The notes: generated by a model not told the origin, from the sequence alone. Shown: positions 30,201-40,882, counted from the first letter of the stretch. The stretch: DNA of 64,000 nucleotides from an uncultured Arenicellaceae bacterium (GCA_943787185.1 CALSLL010000001.1:618814-682813); one strand, 5' to 3'. Numbers and translations: made by a program.

Positions 30201-31681
30201 GATCGACCTCCTTTCTCTTGTGTATCTGGAGTTTTAGATTCAGATGCTTGCGAACCAGGACGCTTACCAAAATTTGCATTGGGTACAAAACCTTCAGCCT
30301 TCATCTTTGCGGCATCTGGAGTAACACCGTCCGGTCGCCCTCCGGGACCAGTACTTTTTCCGGGCGTGCGGCCTTGTCCAAACCCTTGCCCGGCCGCACG
30401 TTGCCCTGGGCCACGACCGGAAATACCGGAATTCTGGCTCTCCCCTTCCACCGCAACGCGTAACCCAGAAGTAACTTGCCCAAGCGTAGTGACCACCAAA
30501 CGATCTCCAGCCTCCAAACCAGAGCCGACTAGAGCTTCAGTAGTGTTTTGCCATGCAATGTCAATTTCGCGTCGAATCAACACCCCGTCATCAACAACAT
30601 ATACGTAACTACTCTGATATATCGATTCGGCTGGGATAACAATAGCACCCGATATCACCTTACCTTGTAATTCAGCAGTCACGTATTCACCAATTTTTAA
30701 CGGCGTACGCCCAACGGCCGCCTCACCAAACGGGTCATCAATTTGAGCTACCACATGCAATTGCCTCGAATTTTGATCGATCGCACTTTCTGTTCTTACT
30801 ACTTTACCCAGCCATCCCTGGTCTATACCAGACACCGAGGAATAAAGAGTTACTAGAAACCCTCCGGTCTCCCTTTGCACTCCACGGTAACTTTCCGGCA
30901 AATCGACAAACTGCAAATCCGCATTTCTTAACGGCAATCGAACTTCGATGTAATCTGTGGCGTAGACCTCCGCGACTTGCGTATTATTTCCCGCCACCTG
31001 ACCCAAATCGACCATCTGACGTAATACTCTTCCGGCAAAAGGCGCGACGACCTCCGTTCTTTCAAGACTCAATTTTGCTCTATCTAGCGCCGCATCTGAA
31101 GAGGCCACCCTCGCCTCAGCCGATAGCAATTGCGGCTTACGAAGCACCAAATCACTGGGCTCACCATCATTCCCCAAACGCGCCCAATCCCGTTCAGCCT
31201 GAGCCGACCGAGCATGCTCCTCGGTTAACAAACGCCGGGCATCGGCTAAATTAGCCTCAGCAATCTTTACATCAGCCTCGTAGTCACGGGGATCAATCTT
31301 AAGCAACACATCGCCAGCATCAAAAAAACTTCCTTCCCGCAAACTCGGGCTAAGCTCAATAATTTGACCACTTACTTGAGCAACAAGAAAACTCTGCGTT
31401 CTCGGCGCCACGGTGCCGTAGCTCTGCACGTTTACTTGAAAATCACTCGCAGCAACTTCATGCACGGCAACGGTTATCGCCGGAGCGGTCGACGGACGTC
31501 GTTGCTGGGCCTCGGGCTTATTTAACAGAAAAAACGCAATTAATAATCCCGAAAATAAAAACAATAGAAGTGGCAAAACGGTTCGTCGCGAATTGTTCCA
31601 TAAATACCCCATGCGGGATTTTTGCTTGCCAAACCCATTCTGCAAATTAGCGCTCAAATGCATCTTACCGCTGCTATTCAT
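30197..31681 (-). CDS. RND periplasmic adaptor (membrane fusion protein, HlyD-like) with a Gly/Pro-rich C-terminal tail
   Basis: N-terminal TM, lipoyl/hairpin/beta-barrel MFP pattern (FLVAQVSGQIIEL..., coiled-coil ADVKIAEANLADARR...LDRAKLSLERTEVVAPFAG). Overlaps both neighbours by 4 nt. Confidence 0.85.
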   Translation of the reverse strand: MNSSGKMHLSANLQNGFGKQKSRMGYLWNNSRRTVLPLLLFLFSGLLIAFFLLNKPEAQQRRPSTAPAITVAVHEVAASDFQVNVQSYGTVAPRTQSFLVAQVSGQIIELSPSLREGSFFDAGDVLLKIDPRDYEADVKIAEANLADARRLLTEEHARSAQAERDWARLGNDGEPSDLVLRKPQLLSAEARVASSDAALDRAKLSLERTEVVAPFAGRVLRQMVDLGQVAGNNTQVAEVYATDYIEVRLPLRNADLQFVDLPESYRGVQRETGGFLVTLYSSVSGIDQGWLGKVVRTESAIDQNSRQLHVVAQIDDPFGEAAVGRTPLKIGEYVTAELQGKVISGAIVIPAESIYQSSYVYVVDDGVLIRREIDIAWQNTTEALVGSGLEAGDRLVVTTLGQVTSGLRVAVEGESQNSGISGRGPGQRAAGQGFGQGRTPGKSTGPGGRPDGVTPDAAKMKAEGFVPNANFGKRPGSQASESKTPDTQEKGGRS

Positions 31682-33204
31682 TTAGAAGCTCCTGCCAACA
31701 CAACTTGTTCGTTTATAGCTGATTTTTCACCGACTACCGTACTTTCAGCAACCACTGCTTGCGCCGCAATATCCGCGCCAAAATCACCTCCAAGTGCTTG
31801 ATATAAGGTAATTCTGTTCTGCAGCAACTGATTACGCAAATCGATCACCGTACTCTGCGAATCAAATGCTCTACGTTGAGATTCGAGAACTGTTTGATAC
31901 ACGGAAAGTCCACTTTGGTACTGCTCGAACGATAATTCATATGCCGCAATAGCATTTTGCTCGGCTTTAAGAAACGAATCATATCGGCGCTTCAAGCGCT
32001 CTTGGCGGGTGATCGCCCGCTCGACTTCAGAAAACGCGTTATTCACAGCATTTAAATACTGTTGCTCTATTTGGATCACTCGCTGACGCGCCTGCTTTTC
32101 GGTCGCAACCAATCTACCACCCTGAAATAAAGGTAAAGTTAAATTAGTTATAAGCGATCTTACAAAGCTGCCACTAGCCAAAAGATCAGAAAAATGATTG
32201 GCATCATCGGACAAAGAACCGGTTAGCGTCAAGCGTGGAAAACGTTGCTTATGTGCCACTGCCAAGCTTAAATCGGCTGATAACAAATTGAACCAGGCCT
32301 GCTGAATATCGGGTCTGCGCGTTAATAAGTCAGTGGGAATACCTGTTGGAATCGATGTTTCGATTACCGGCAACTCACGATTCAGTACCCATCCGCCGTC
32401 CGGGTAGTCCGCGACCAGTAATTGTAATCGAGACACGGACTCAATCACATTCTGCTCCTGTTGGGCGACACGTGCGCGTTCTTGTTCCAGGCTATTTGAA
32501 GCGAGATACACATCTACCGCGCTATTCAAGCCGGCACGGTATCCACTACTAATGATCGCCATGTCCTGCTCTAAAGTAGCCAAACGTAATTTAAACAACG
32601 CTAATAATTGTTGGTCGGCCATCATCTGATACCAAGATCTGCTGGTATCAGAAACCAGGGCAAGTCTTTGATTAATATAACTGGCCTCGCTTGCAGCATA
32701 AGACATAGTTGCTTGCTTCTGATTACTCTTTAATCTACCCCAAATATCCAATTCCCAACTCGCATTTAAATCTACGCCGTAGGTATCAACTGGTGGTATT
32801 AGCCGGCCAAGTAGTACTCCGCGGCGGATATTTTTATTGGAGGAGATCGACAAACTGGGATACCGATCCGCACCAGCGACAACCACACCCTGATGGGCCT
32901 CTTCTAATCGTGCTGCCTGTTCCGTAAGACCGTAGTTATTAACCAATGCCGTGATTACAACCTCTTCAAGCTCTTGATCACCGAAATCATCCAACCACCG
33001 CTCGCTCGCTTGGTCCATCTGTTCATCACTTTCTTCAACGCTGGCAGACGAATTGAGCTGATGCACAAATGCCTCTGGTGCTTGCAGTGAGCTTGCCTTG
33101 GGAGATATAGCGCTAGTCGTACAAGCCGATAGGAAAATGCCTGCGAAAATAGCTGCAATCAAGCAACGTACTGGCATTTCAAGTTGATTCAATATTGACT
33201 GCAT
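31678..33204 (-). CDS. Outer-membrane efflux lipoprotein (NodT/TolC family)
   Basis: Lipobox FLSAC after a signal peptide, with two OEP repeats. First gene of the three-gene efflux operon. Confidence 0.85.
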   Translation of the reverse strand: MQSILNQLEMPVRCLIAAIFAGIFLSACTTSAISPKASSLQAPEAFVHQLNSSASVEESDEQMDQASERWLDDFGDQELEEVVITALVNNYGLTEQAARLEEAHQGVVVAGADRYPSLSISSNKNIRRGVLLGRLIPPVDTYGVDLNASWELDIWGRLKSNQKQATMSYAASEASYINQRLALVSDTSRSWYQMMADQQLLALFKLRLATLEQDMAIISSGYRAGLNSAVDVYLASNSLEQERARVAQQEQNVIESVSRLQLLVADYPDGGWVLNRELPVIETSIPTGIPTDLLTRRPDIQQAWFNLLSADLSLAVAHKQRFPRLTLTGSLSDDANHFSDLLASGSFVRSLITNLTLPLFQGGRLVATEKQARQRVIQIEQQYLNAVNNAFSEVERAITRQERLKRRYDSFLKAEQNAIAAYELSFEQYQSGLSVYQTVLESQRRAFDSQSTVIDLRNQLLQNRITLYQALGGDFGADIAAQAVVAESTVVGEKSAINEQVVLAGASK

Positions 33205-33906
33205 TTTAGTTCGGGGTTTCTCGCGTTCAGACCGAGTGGGGCAAATATATTTATAATTAGCCGCATTTTACTCTGACGAACCATAAATAGTGGTAATTGA
33301 TCAATAAATTAATAGAATGTTACATACCGACATGGATCGCACACAATGCCTCCACAATGGCAGGATATAAGCGCTAAGAGCAGCTCAGCAACGTTCATTC
33401 GGACATCAAAATTTTCTCCTAACCAAATCACGCAGTAGTGCCCCCAACCTGCGAATAATTCATGATTCCTGGTCAATGCAAGTAAGCACCGCAACAGTTT
33501 CACCCAGGTTGATCCGGTAAACGGTATGGAATCGACCTCGGAAACGCGACAGCAAATAAATTGGGCACTTGCTGCTGAAACAGAGCCATCTATCTGCTAT
33601 CATGCGCCCCGCGATACAGCCTGCGGACACATTGGAACAATAGAATGCTTATTTAGCAGATATATAATTCCAGTTCCTCGCCAGCCGGTGAATATAGGGA
33701 AGATTGATTCTGACCCACATTGGTCTAAGGTAATGGTCAAAGGCAACGCATTGGCTTATTGGTAGGCCAAAAAACATTTTTATAACATTACGGTAGCGTC
33801 AGCTCGCCCTAATTATTAATTGCTAAATTTTTAATTGCGATAGTACCGTATATTCAGCGTGTAGCTTGCCGAACACGCACTAAACATTTTATATGAGACA
33901 GCCGTT

Positions 33907-35184
33907 ATGACTGATAAAAAAGCTCGTTTAAATATCGATGGATATGATAAGGAAATAGAACTCGACGTATATGAAGGGACTATGGGCCCTGATGTGATTG
34001 ATGTCGGCCCTGTTCTCAAAAATGGACATTTCACCTATGACCCAGGGTTCACCTCGACAGCGAGTTGTGAGTCTGCGATTACTTTTATCGACGGGCACGA
34101 AGGCAAGCTACTCCACAGAGGCATTCCGATTGAGCAGATTGCTGAAAAAACTGACTATCTGAATCTTTGCTATTTGCTGTACTACGGCCAATTGCCCAAC
34201 AAAGAACAAGAAGCTGAATTCAAAAGCACGATAACGCGGCATACCATGCTGCATGACCAGATCTGGAACTTTTACCGAGGATTTAGACGAGACGCGCACC
34301 CAATGGCAATTATGTGTGGTGTCGTTGGCGCCTTAGCCTCGTTTTACCACGACGCTTTAGACATCACTAACGAAACACATCGAAATATAACTGCGCATCG
34401 TCTAATTGCTAAAATACCGACGATCGCAGCAATGTCATACAAGTACACCACCGGTCAGCCGTTTGTCTATCCGAAAAACAACTTGGGATATGCAGAAAAC
34501 TTCCTGCATATGATGTTTGGCGTTCCGACTGAAGAAACGGTAATCAGTCCGATTCTTGCAAAAGCAATGGATCGAATATTTATGCTGCATGCCGATCATG
34601 AGCAAAATGCGTCTACATCTACAGTTAGATTAGCTGGTTCGAGCGGAGCTAATCCATTTGCCTGTATATCAGCAGGTATTGCAACTCTATGGGGACCTGC
34701 CCACGGTGGAGCAAATGAAGCTTGCTTGAAGATGCTGGAAGAGATCGGACATCCGGATAAGGTTGATGAATACGTAGCCCGCGCCAAAGACAAAAATGAT
34801 TCCTTCAGAATCATGGGATTTGGTCATCGGGTTTACAAAAATCACGATCCGCGGGCCACGATTATGAAAGTAACCTGCGACGAGGTTCTAGCTGATCTTG
34901 GCATTGAAGACTCACCGTTATTTCAGGTCGCACGCCGCCTCGAAGATGCGGCGCTAAATGACGACTACTTTATTGAACGAAAACTATACCCTAACGTCGA
35001 TTTTTACTCGGGTATTATCCTGAAAGCAATTGGCATCCCACCTAATATGTTCACGGTGATTTTTGCCCTTTCCCGCACCATCGGGTGGATAAGCCACTGG
35101 AATGAAATGGTCAGCCAGCCATATAAAATTGGCCGGCCGCGACAACTTTATACCGGCCCGGTAGAAAGAGACTTTCCGGCGTAA
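33907..35184 (+). CDS. gltA: Citrate synthase (type II)
   Basis: 425 aa with [19 protein letters not shown] and [15 protein letters not shown] motifs. Confidence 0.95.
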   Translation: MTDKKARLNIDGYDKEIELDVYEGTMGPDVIDVGPVLKNGHFTYDPGFTSTASCESAITFIDGHEGKLLHRGIPIEQIAEKTDYLNLCYLLYYGQLPNKEQEAEFKSTITRHTMLHDQIWNFYRGFRRDAHPMAIMCGVVGALASFYHDALDITNETHRNITAHRLIAKIPTIAAMSYKYTTGQPFVYPKNNLGYAENFLHMMFGVPTEETVISPILAKAMDRIFMLHADHEQNASTSTVRLAGSSGANPFACISAGIATLWGPAHGGANEACLKMLEEIGHPDKVDEYVARAKDKNDSFRIMGFGHRVYKNHDPRATIMKVTCDEVLADLGIEDSPLFQVARRLEDAALNDDYFIERKLYPNVDFYSGIILKAIGIPPNMFTVIFALSRTIGWISHWNEMVSQPYKIGRPRQLYTGPVERDFPA

Positions 35185-35215
35185 AACTGGAACAAATTTC
35201 AGGCAACGCATCTAA

Positions 35216-35248
35216 CCCGGTCATAGTCACTACGACCGGGTTTTTTAT
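35216..35248 (+). terminator. Rho-independent terminator of gltA
   Basis: cccggtc (35216..35222) pairs with gaccggg (35234..35240), followed by ttttttatt. Confidence 0.85.
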
Positions 35249-35263
35249 TCTCAAGGTAAACAT

Positions 35264-35839
35264 ATGAATTACCTGGCTCACCTTTTCGTATGCCCACCTG
35301 ACCCTGAATCGATGGTGGGAAACTTAATGGCTGACTTTCGTAAATTTGTCGACTTTGAAACCTTACCGAAAAGCGTTAAGGATGGCATTGCAAACCACCA
35401 ACGAGTTGATAAGTTCACAGATACTCACCCTTTGGTTATCAAACTAAGACAAAAGTTTCAGAAACCTCATCGTCGGTTTTCCGGGATTATTATAGATGTC
35501 GTTTTTGATTATTTTTTATCAAAGCACTGGCAGAAATACACAAACGTCGACCGATCCGTCTTTATATCAAATGCCTACCTGACGCTTAGTGATATGGAGG
35601 AGTTACTCCCAACTCGAATGCATAGGGCCCTTATCAAAATGAGTGAACAAGATTGGCTAGGTTCGTACTCCACGCTTGATGGAATCGAAGTTACCTTAGA
35701 ACGAATTGGTACCAGAATTCGCTTCGCGAACCCACTTGCAGAATCACGAGCAGAAATAGAGCGCCTGCATGACCAGATTGAGCAATGCTTTTTAGAGTTC
35801 TTCCCCGATTTGGTGGATAATTTTGGGCACCCTGTATAG
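35264..35839 (+). CDS. acpH: Acyl carrier protein phosphodiesterase
   Basis: MNYLAHLFV...GNLMADF N-terminus and overall collinearity with E. coli AcpH (193 aa; 191 aa here). Confidence 0.8.
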   Translation: MNYLAHLFVCPPDPESMVGNLMADFRKFVDFETLPKSVKDGIANHQRVDKFTDTHPLVIKLRQKFQKPHRRFSGIIIDVVFDYFLSKHWQKYTNVDRSVFISNAYLTLSDMEELLPTRMHRALIKMSEQDWLGSYSTLDGIEVTLERIGTRIRFANPLAESRAEIERLHDQIEQCFLEFFPDLVDNFGHPV

Positions 35840-35965
35840 CAGCTAGCGGAATAATTATTTTCCACAGGCATCAGGACGACTCGGCTAGGGGTATTCCGAA
35901 AAAAAATACGAGCGTGAGGGGCGAGAAGTCGAGGTCGCAACTAAAGGACACACATTCTCGGTAAA

Positions 35966-36859
35966 TTACTGCAGCGCTTGTTGAATCTCGGCGACTTTAT
36001 TACGCAATATTCCGGAGTTTTCCGGTCCCATTCGAAGGTACAGTTTTTGAATAGCAGGCAACCCTTCGATCGATAAGTCCACGTATTGGTATCGATCACC
36101 CACTTTTTTAAGTTTCGGGTCTCGAACGGGTGGAGGACTAATTGACGCTTGCCGCAAGGCTCGCTCTAATGCTGTTCGAAAATTTCTGTTTGAGTACCCA
36201 AGTTCACTATATGCACTCTCAAAAAGAGGTTCAAAGCGTGTATAAATACCCGCAACTGATTGAGCATTAAACGTGTCAATCATATTTACATATAGAGAAT
36301 AACGCCCGTAATTACTTTCTAGTAGGCTATATTGCTCACCAGACTCAACCACTTCAATCGTATCCTCGATACTAGGTAGCGATAAAAAACTGCGGCCAAT
36401 CTCACCATCGACAGCCTTATCCACCACCGTAACAAGTTTACGTACAAGCTCATCAGTGGGAAGCCATGAGAGCCACTCGGGAGCCGACGCAACACCTTGC
36501 AAAGACTCAAAAAACTGACGGTCACTGCGATCCAGAGCTGGTAATTCGTCCAACTGGATATCCGGATGATTACTGTGTTCGTCTGCAACCCTCATAATGT
36601 CGGCAGCGTACACTTGCTCATCCAAACCAGGGTCAATTTCAGGGTCTGCAAAAACCTCCAGCGCATCGTCAATCGACTCAATCACCGGCTTTACCAAGGT
36701 TTCATCCGGTATCGTATCAGGACGCAATAAGAACCATGAAAGCCCCGCTATCACAATCAATAGCGCAAAGGGCCACAACCTAGTTGCCTGTTTCTCTAGC
36801 GCGTGACCATCACCCACATGCGGGCGAGACGGTAATTTAAAATCTGGTGATTCGTTCAA
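35966..36859 (-). CDS. Membrane-anchored hypothetical protein (possibly DUF3014 family)
   Basis: Single N-terminal TM (LWPFALLIVIAGLSWFLL) plus a soluble domain of about 250 aa. The family assignment is from memory only. Confidence 0.45.
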   Translation of the reverse strand: MNESPDFKLPSRPHVGDGHALEKQATRLWPFALLIVIAGLSWFLLRPDTIPDETLVKPVIESIDDALEVFADPEIDPGLDEQVYAADIMRVADEHSNHPDIQLDELPALDRSDRQFFESLQGVASAPEWLSWLPTDELVRKLVTVVDKAVDGEIGRSFLSLPSIEDTIEVVESGEQYSLLESNYGRYSLYVNMIDTFNAQSVAGIYTRFEPLFESAYSELGYSNRNFRTALERALRQASISPPPVRDPKLKKVGDRYQYVDLSIEGLPAIQKLYLRMGPENSGILRNKVAEIQQALQ

Positions 36860-37014
36860 AACTCAAACATAGATAGTCTCTGCATTCATAAACCGAACAT
36901 ATCCTAAAATACAACAAATCAACGCTAAATTTCCTTTGTGTAATCTGCATCATCGGCTTCGATTTAATTTTAGACCCGCTATTCACTCCTTCAACAGAAC
37001 AATAAGTGGCACAG

Positions 37015-37037
37015 AAAAAAGGGGGGCATATGCCCCC
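37015..37037 (-). terminator. Rho-independent terminator of the TonB-dependent receptor gene
   Basis: The minus strand reads GGGGGCATATGCCCCCC followed by TTTTTT, 33 nt after the stop. Confidence 0.85.
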
Positions 37038-37069
37038 ACTTAGTTTAACTACCTTTCAGTCACTAAGGA

Positions 37070-39553
37070 CTAAAAATTCTTCTTTAAACTCGCGCCAAAT
37101 GTCCGTGGCTCACGCATATATGCATTGACCTTGCCATCTTGCAACGGTACGTCAAAGTGAGTACCTAGATAATCTTCGTCAAACAAATTACGCGCCCAAA
37201 TGGAAATATCTATATCACTGTCAAACCAAGACACACCAACGCGAACATTAAATAAGCCGTAACCATCTTGTAATTTAATCGGGTCCGCATTTCCGTCCAT
37301 AACGGCGTCACTACGATAATTGTAGTCGGCGTGCACGTAAGAGACCTTATCGCTTCCAATTGGAAACGTTTTAGTCGCGGATATTGTGAAAAAGTGTTCG
37401 GGTACTGGATTCACTCGATCGCCAGATCGGTCACAAAAGGCATTCCCGGCGGAAGCACCTGGATCTTGTTGTCCAGAAAGTAACGGCGTAGCAATCCAGC
37501 AATTCGCATTCAAATGCGTTTTATATGTCGTATCGGTATACGCATAGCCAGCGCTAAACGATAAATCATCCATCGGATCCCAAACTACTTCGAGCTCCAG
37601 GCCTTGCGCCTCCAACTGGCTTGCATTTGACAGATTAAACCCGCCGCCGGCAAAAGAGTTGGTTTGAAAATCATCAACTGTTGAATAATACAACGCCGTA
37701 TTAGCGCGCAAATTTTGATCAGGAAACTCAGCTTTTATACCGACCTCAAACGACTCCGATGTTTCCGCATCAAATATAGGATTCTGGTTTACGCTGATTC
37801 GATCAGTGTTAGTACCACCTGATTTATATCCGGTACCGAAGCTCGCATACACCAGCGTTGTTTCGTTAGCGAACCAACTTAACTTTAGCGTACCGGTCAC
37901 TTGATCATCATCGAGCGTTGCCGCAACATCCGGTCGTGGTGCAATAATCGGAGTTACCGAATGTCCCCAGCCAGGGCGGTACATTGGACCGTATAATGCC
38001 GGATTTGGAGCCGCCAAGCCAAGACCAGCTAGCACCAGGTTCGTACCGATGGCAGTAAAATCTGCAGCCGGGCCAATTGCACTCTGGGTAAATCTACCCG
38101 TGAGATCCTTCTGCTCCTTGGTAAACCGCAAACCCGCTGTCAACGTTAGAGCATCAGTCAATTGGTAATCTAACTGGCCAAACACGGCCCAGGCCTCCTG
38201 CTCTTGCATGAACACATCATTCGAAAACGCATTTTGCGCAAACGGAGCCGCAACCCTAGGAAACGCGCCCCCCGTTGCAGCAGATAGGCCATTCAAGCCA
38301 CCTACAATCGCCGAAATATTTGGATTTTGCCCGATCAACTGCGTGAAATTAGGGCCCAAATCAAAAAAACTGGTGCTATCAAGGTCTTGCTGATAGTAGT
38401 AAGCACCAACTATATAATTCAGCTTGTCGCCATTATTGGTAAATCTTATTTCCTGCGTCATCACATCAGAGTTTCCTCCACGTCGATTGTTAAATAACTG
38501 TGCGGCACTAAAATCAACGTCGGTAACATCGACCGAGTCAAACGATCGAATGGATGTAATGGATGTAAATGTTCCGCCATTATTTAAATCCCAATTAATC
38601 TCCGCAGAAACACCTTTATTTTCGTTTTGCGAAGCAGGCAACTCATTTACTCGCATGACATCGTCAAATACTCGATCCTGAGATACCACGGGAATCCTGA
38701 AGGCTGATAGAAGCGAATCAGAAAGCGGCGCACCGTTAACCGCGAAAAAGTTATTTCGAACCGTTGCAGCACCGCAACAGACTTCATCTACTTCCGAATA
38801 ATCCGCAATAAAACGAACCGACACATCATCATTCGGCGTATATAGAAGCTGTGCTCTAAACCCATGTCGATTGCGATCGTTGATAACGTTATTGGCGACC
38901 CCCAACGCGTCAGCATAACCGTCTCGCTCGGTATTAAACCCCGTCACTCGATAAGCCAGTACATCTTCAATTAAAGACCCTCCAACGGCACCGCTTAGCG
39001 TTCGTAATCCAAAATTCCCCACAGTCAAATCAATGAAACCACTGGACTCGTGGCTCGGCGCAACGGACTGCATTAACAAAGCCCCAGATGGAGAATTCCG
39101 ACCAAATAACGTTCCCTGCGGCCCACGCAACACCTCCACCCGTTCCATGTCCACCATTTCATTAATCATTGAACTTTGTCTGGACTGGTACACGCCATCC
39201 ACATATAAGCCAACGGAGGATTCCAAACCAAAATTCTGTGCACTCGTACCCACGCCGCGAATAATAAAATTCGACGTTGTCGCCGTCTGATTTTGGTCAA
39301 CAATTAATCCCGGGGTGCTTTGCTGCATATCAAACACATCTGTCACACCCAGCTCAGTTAACTGGGCTCCACTTAGTGCTGTAACTGCAACGGGAACATC
39401 TTGTAAATTCTGCTCTCTTTTTTGCGCAACTACGACAATCTCTTCTAACGCTGCATGTGACGGTAACGATACCGTCAATAATAATGCCCCTTTTAAGACT
39501 CCAACTGATGTCCTATAAATTAAGTTATTCACGATTCCCTCCCAGAAATTCAT
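37070..39553 (-). CDS. TonB-dependent outer-membrane receptor
   Basis: Signal peptide, plug domain (EEIVVVAQKREQNLQDVPVAVTAL...), a long beta-barrel and a C-terminal ...FGASLKKNF ending in Phe. 827 aa. The substrate is not inferable. Confidence 0.9.
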   Translation of the reverse strand: MNFWEGIVNNLIYRTSVGVLKGALLLTVSLPSHAALEEIVVVAQKREQNLQDVPVAVTALSGAQLTELGVTDVFDMQQSTPGLIVDQNQTATTSNFIIRGVGTSAQNFGLESSVGLYVDGVYQSRQSSMINEMVDMERVEVLRGPQGTLFGRNSPSGALLMQSVAPSHESSGFIDLTVGNFGLRTLSGAVGGSLIEDVLAYRVTGFNTERDGYADALGVANNVINDRNRHGFRAQLLYTPNDDVSVRFIADYSEVDEVCCGAATVRNNFFAVNGAPLSDSLLSAFRIPVVSQDRVFDDVMRVNELPASQNENKGVSAEINWDLNNGGTFTSITSIRSFDSVDVTDVDFSAAQLFNNRRGGNSDVMTQEIRFTNNGDKLNYIVGAYYYQQDLDSTSFFDLGPNFTQLIGQNPNISAIVGGLNGLSAATGGAFPRVAAPFAQNAFSNDVFMQEQEAWAVFGQLDYQLTDALTLTAGLRFTKEQKDLTGRFTQSAIGPAADFTAIGTNLVLAGLGLAAPNPALYGPMYRPGWGHSVTPIIAPRPDVAATLDDDQVTGTLKLSWFANETTLVYASFGTGYKSGGTNTDRISVNQNPIFDAETSESFEVGIKAEFPDQNLRANTALYYSTVDDFQTNSFAGGGFNLSNASQLEAQGLELEVVWDPMDDLSFSAGYAYTDTTYKTHLNANCWIATPLLSGQQDPGASAGNAFCDRSGDRVNPVPEHFFTISATKTFPIGSDKVSYVHADYNYRSDAVMDGNADPIKLQDGYGLFNVRVGVSWFDSDIDISIWARNLFDEDYLGTHFDVPLQDGKVNAYMREPRTFGASLKKNF

Positions 39554-39768
39554 TTAGTAAATGCATGAGCTAAACAGATCAAATGCAGGCTAATTCTTGT
39601 TGATTTATTAATGTAACATGCTGTAGTAGTTACAATCTAGTTTATATTCGATTAATCGTTATATAAAACAGCAACTAACACATGTTGCTATACTTTTACG
39701 AGTGGCACGGTCTATGTAGAAAATAACTTCACTATTATCTACAATTTCAGAAAGTTTGGTATTGATCC

Positions 39769-40882
39769 ATGTCGAGTCGCGCGAAGAAAACTGTAAGTGA
39801 ATTACTTGAACTAGCTGACATTAATATTAATGGTCCCAACCCCTGGGACCTTCAGGTTAGCAACCCACGAGTATTTGAGAGAATCCTGTCCGAAGGACCC
39901 CTTGGATTGGGTGAATCTTATATGGACGGCGATTGGGACTGCGAAGCTCTGGATACTTGTATCGACAGAATTATAAGAGCTAATCTCGAAAGTAAGGTAC
40001 GACCACTAAAAATGCTGCTACCTGTAATGCAGGCATGGTTGATTAACCGCCAACGCAAAGCACGCGCTTTTGATATCGGCGAACAGCATTACGACATTGG
40101 AAACGATCTATATACCCGCATGCTAGATAGCCGAATGACTTATACCTGCGGATATTGGAAGGATAGCGATAACCTAGAAGATGCACAGACTGCAAAACTC
40201 GACTTAATTTGCCGAAAATTACACTTAAAACCCGGTATGCGAGTACTTGATATCGGTTGCGGTTGGGGTAGTTTTGCAGGATATGCGGCTGAGCACTACG
40301 GCGTGTCAGTGATTGGCATAACCGTTTCAAAGGAACAAATAACGTTGGCCAATGAACTCCACAAAGGTAAAGACATTGAGTTTCGATACCAAGACTATCG
40401 AGATGTTAATGAACCGTTTGACAGAATTGTGTCGGTTGGCATGTTTGAACATGTTGGTCCCAAAAACTATAAAGCATTTATGCATGTAGTTAATCGTTGC
40501 CTCAAAGAAGATGGCTGGTTTTTATTACATACAATTGGTACCCCCTTTATCGCAAACCGCAGTCGACTCTTGGACCGATAAGTACATATTCCCGGGTGGG
40601 GTGCTGCCTCTGGCTAGCCAGATCGCGCAAGCGTCAGAAGGCCTATTTTTACTTCGGGATTGGCATAACTTTGGTGGTGACTATGACCGAACACTAATGG
40701 CTTGGTACGAAAACTTTGAGCGCAGTTGGCCCGAACTTGACGGCTATGATGACCGCTTTTATCGGATGTGGCGATATTTTTTGCTTACTGGTGCAGGCGC
40801 ATTTAGAGCAAACCGCAGCCAATTATGGCAAATCGTTTATTCGAAAACAAAGGCAAGTGCCGACTATAATTCTCTGAGATAA
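39769..40882 (+). pseudogene. cfa: Cyclopropane-fatty-acyl-phospholipid synthase split by one extra C in a C5 run (frameshift or consensus error)
   Basis: Frame 1 (39769..40581) carries the N-terminal and SAM-binding part (VLDIGCGWG...LLHTIGT). Frame 2 carries PLSQTAVDSWTDKYIFPGGVLP...DWHNFGGDYDRTLMAWYENF...RMWRYFLLTGAGAFRA to 40882. The joint is at ccccc 40541..40545. Confidence 0.85.

Noticed and set aside
33309-33765. Two small ORFs (64 aa minus strand, 79 aa plus strand) in the efflux/gltA intergenic region
   Set aside because: Neither has a Shine-Dalgarno sequence, a recognisable motif or a TM pattern, and one has a GTG start. I kept them only as part of the ORF-poor region finding.
39554-39768. 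Cobalamin riboswitch or Fur box upstream of the TonB-dependent receptor (gtgccactcg on the minus strand; gattaatcgttat)
   Set aside because: The region is AT-rich without the paired GC-rich helices of a B12 element. The Fur-like match is weak and I could not score it reliably by eye.
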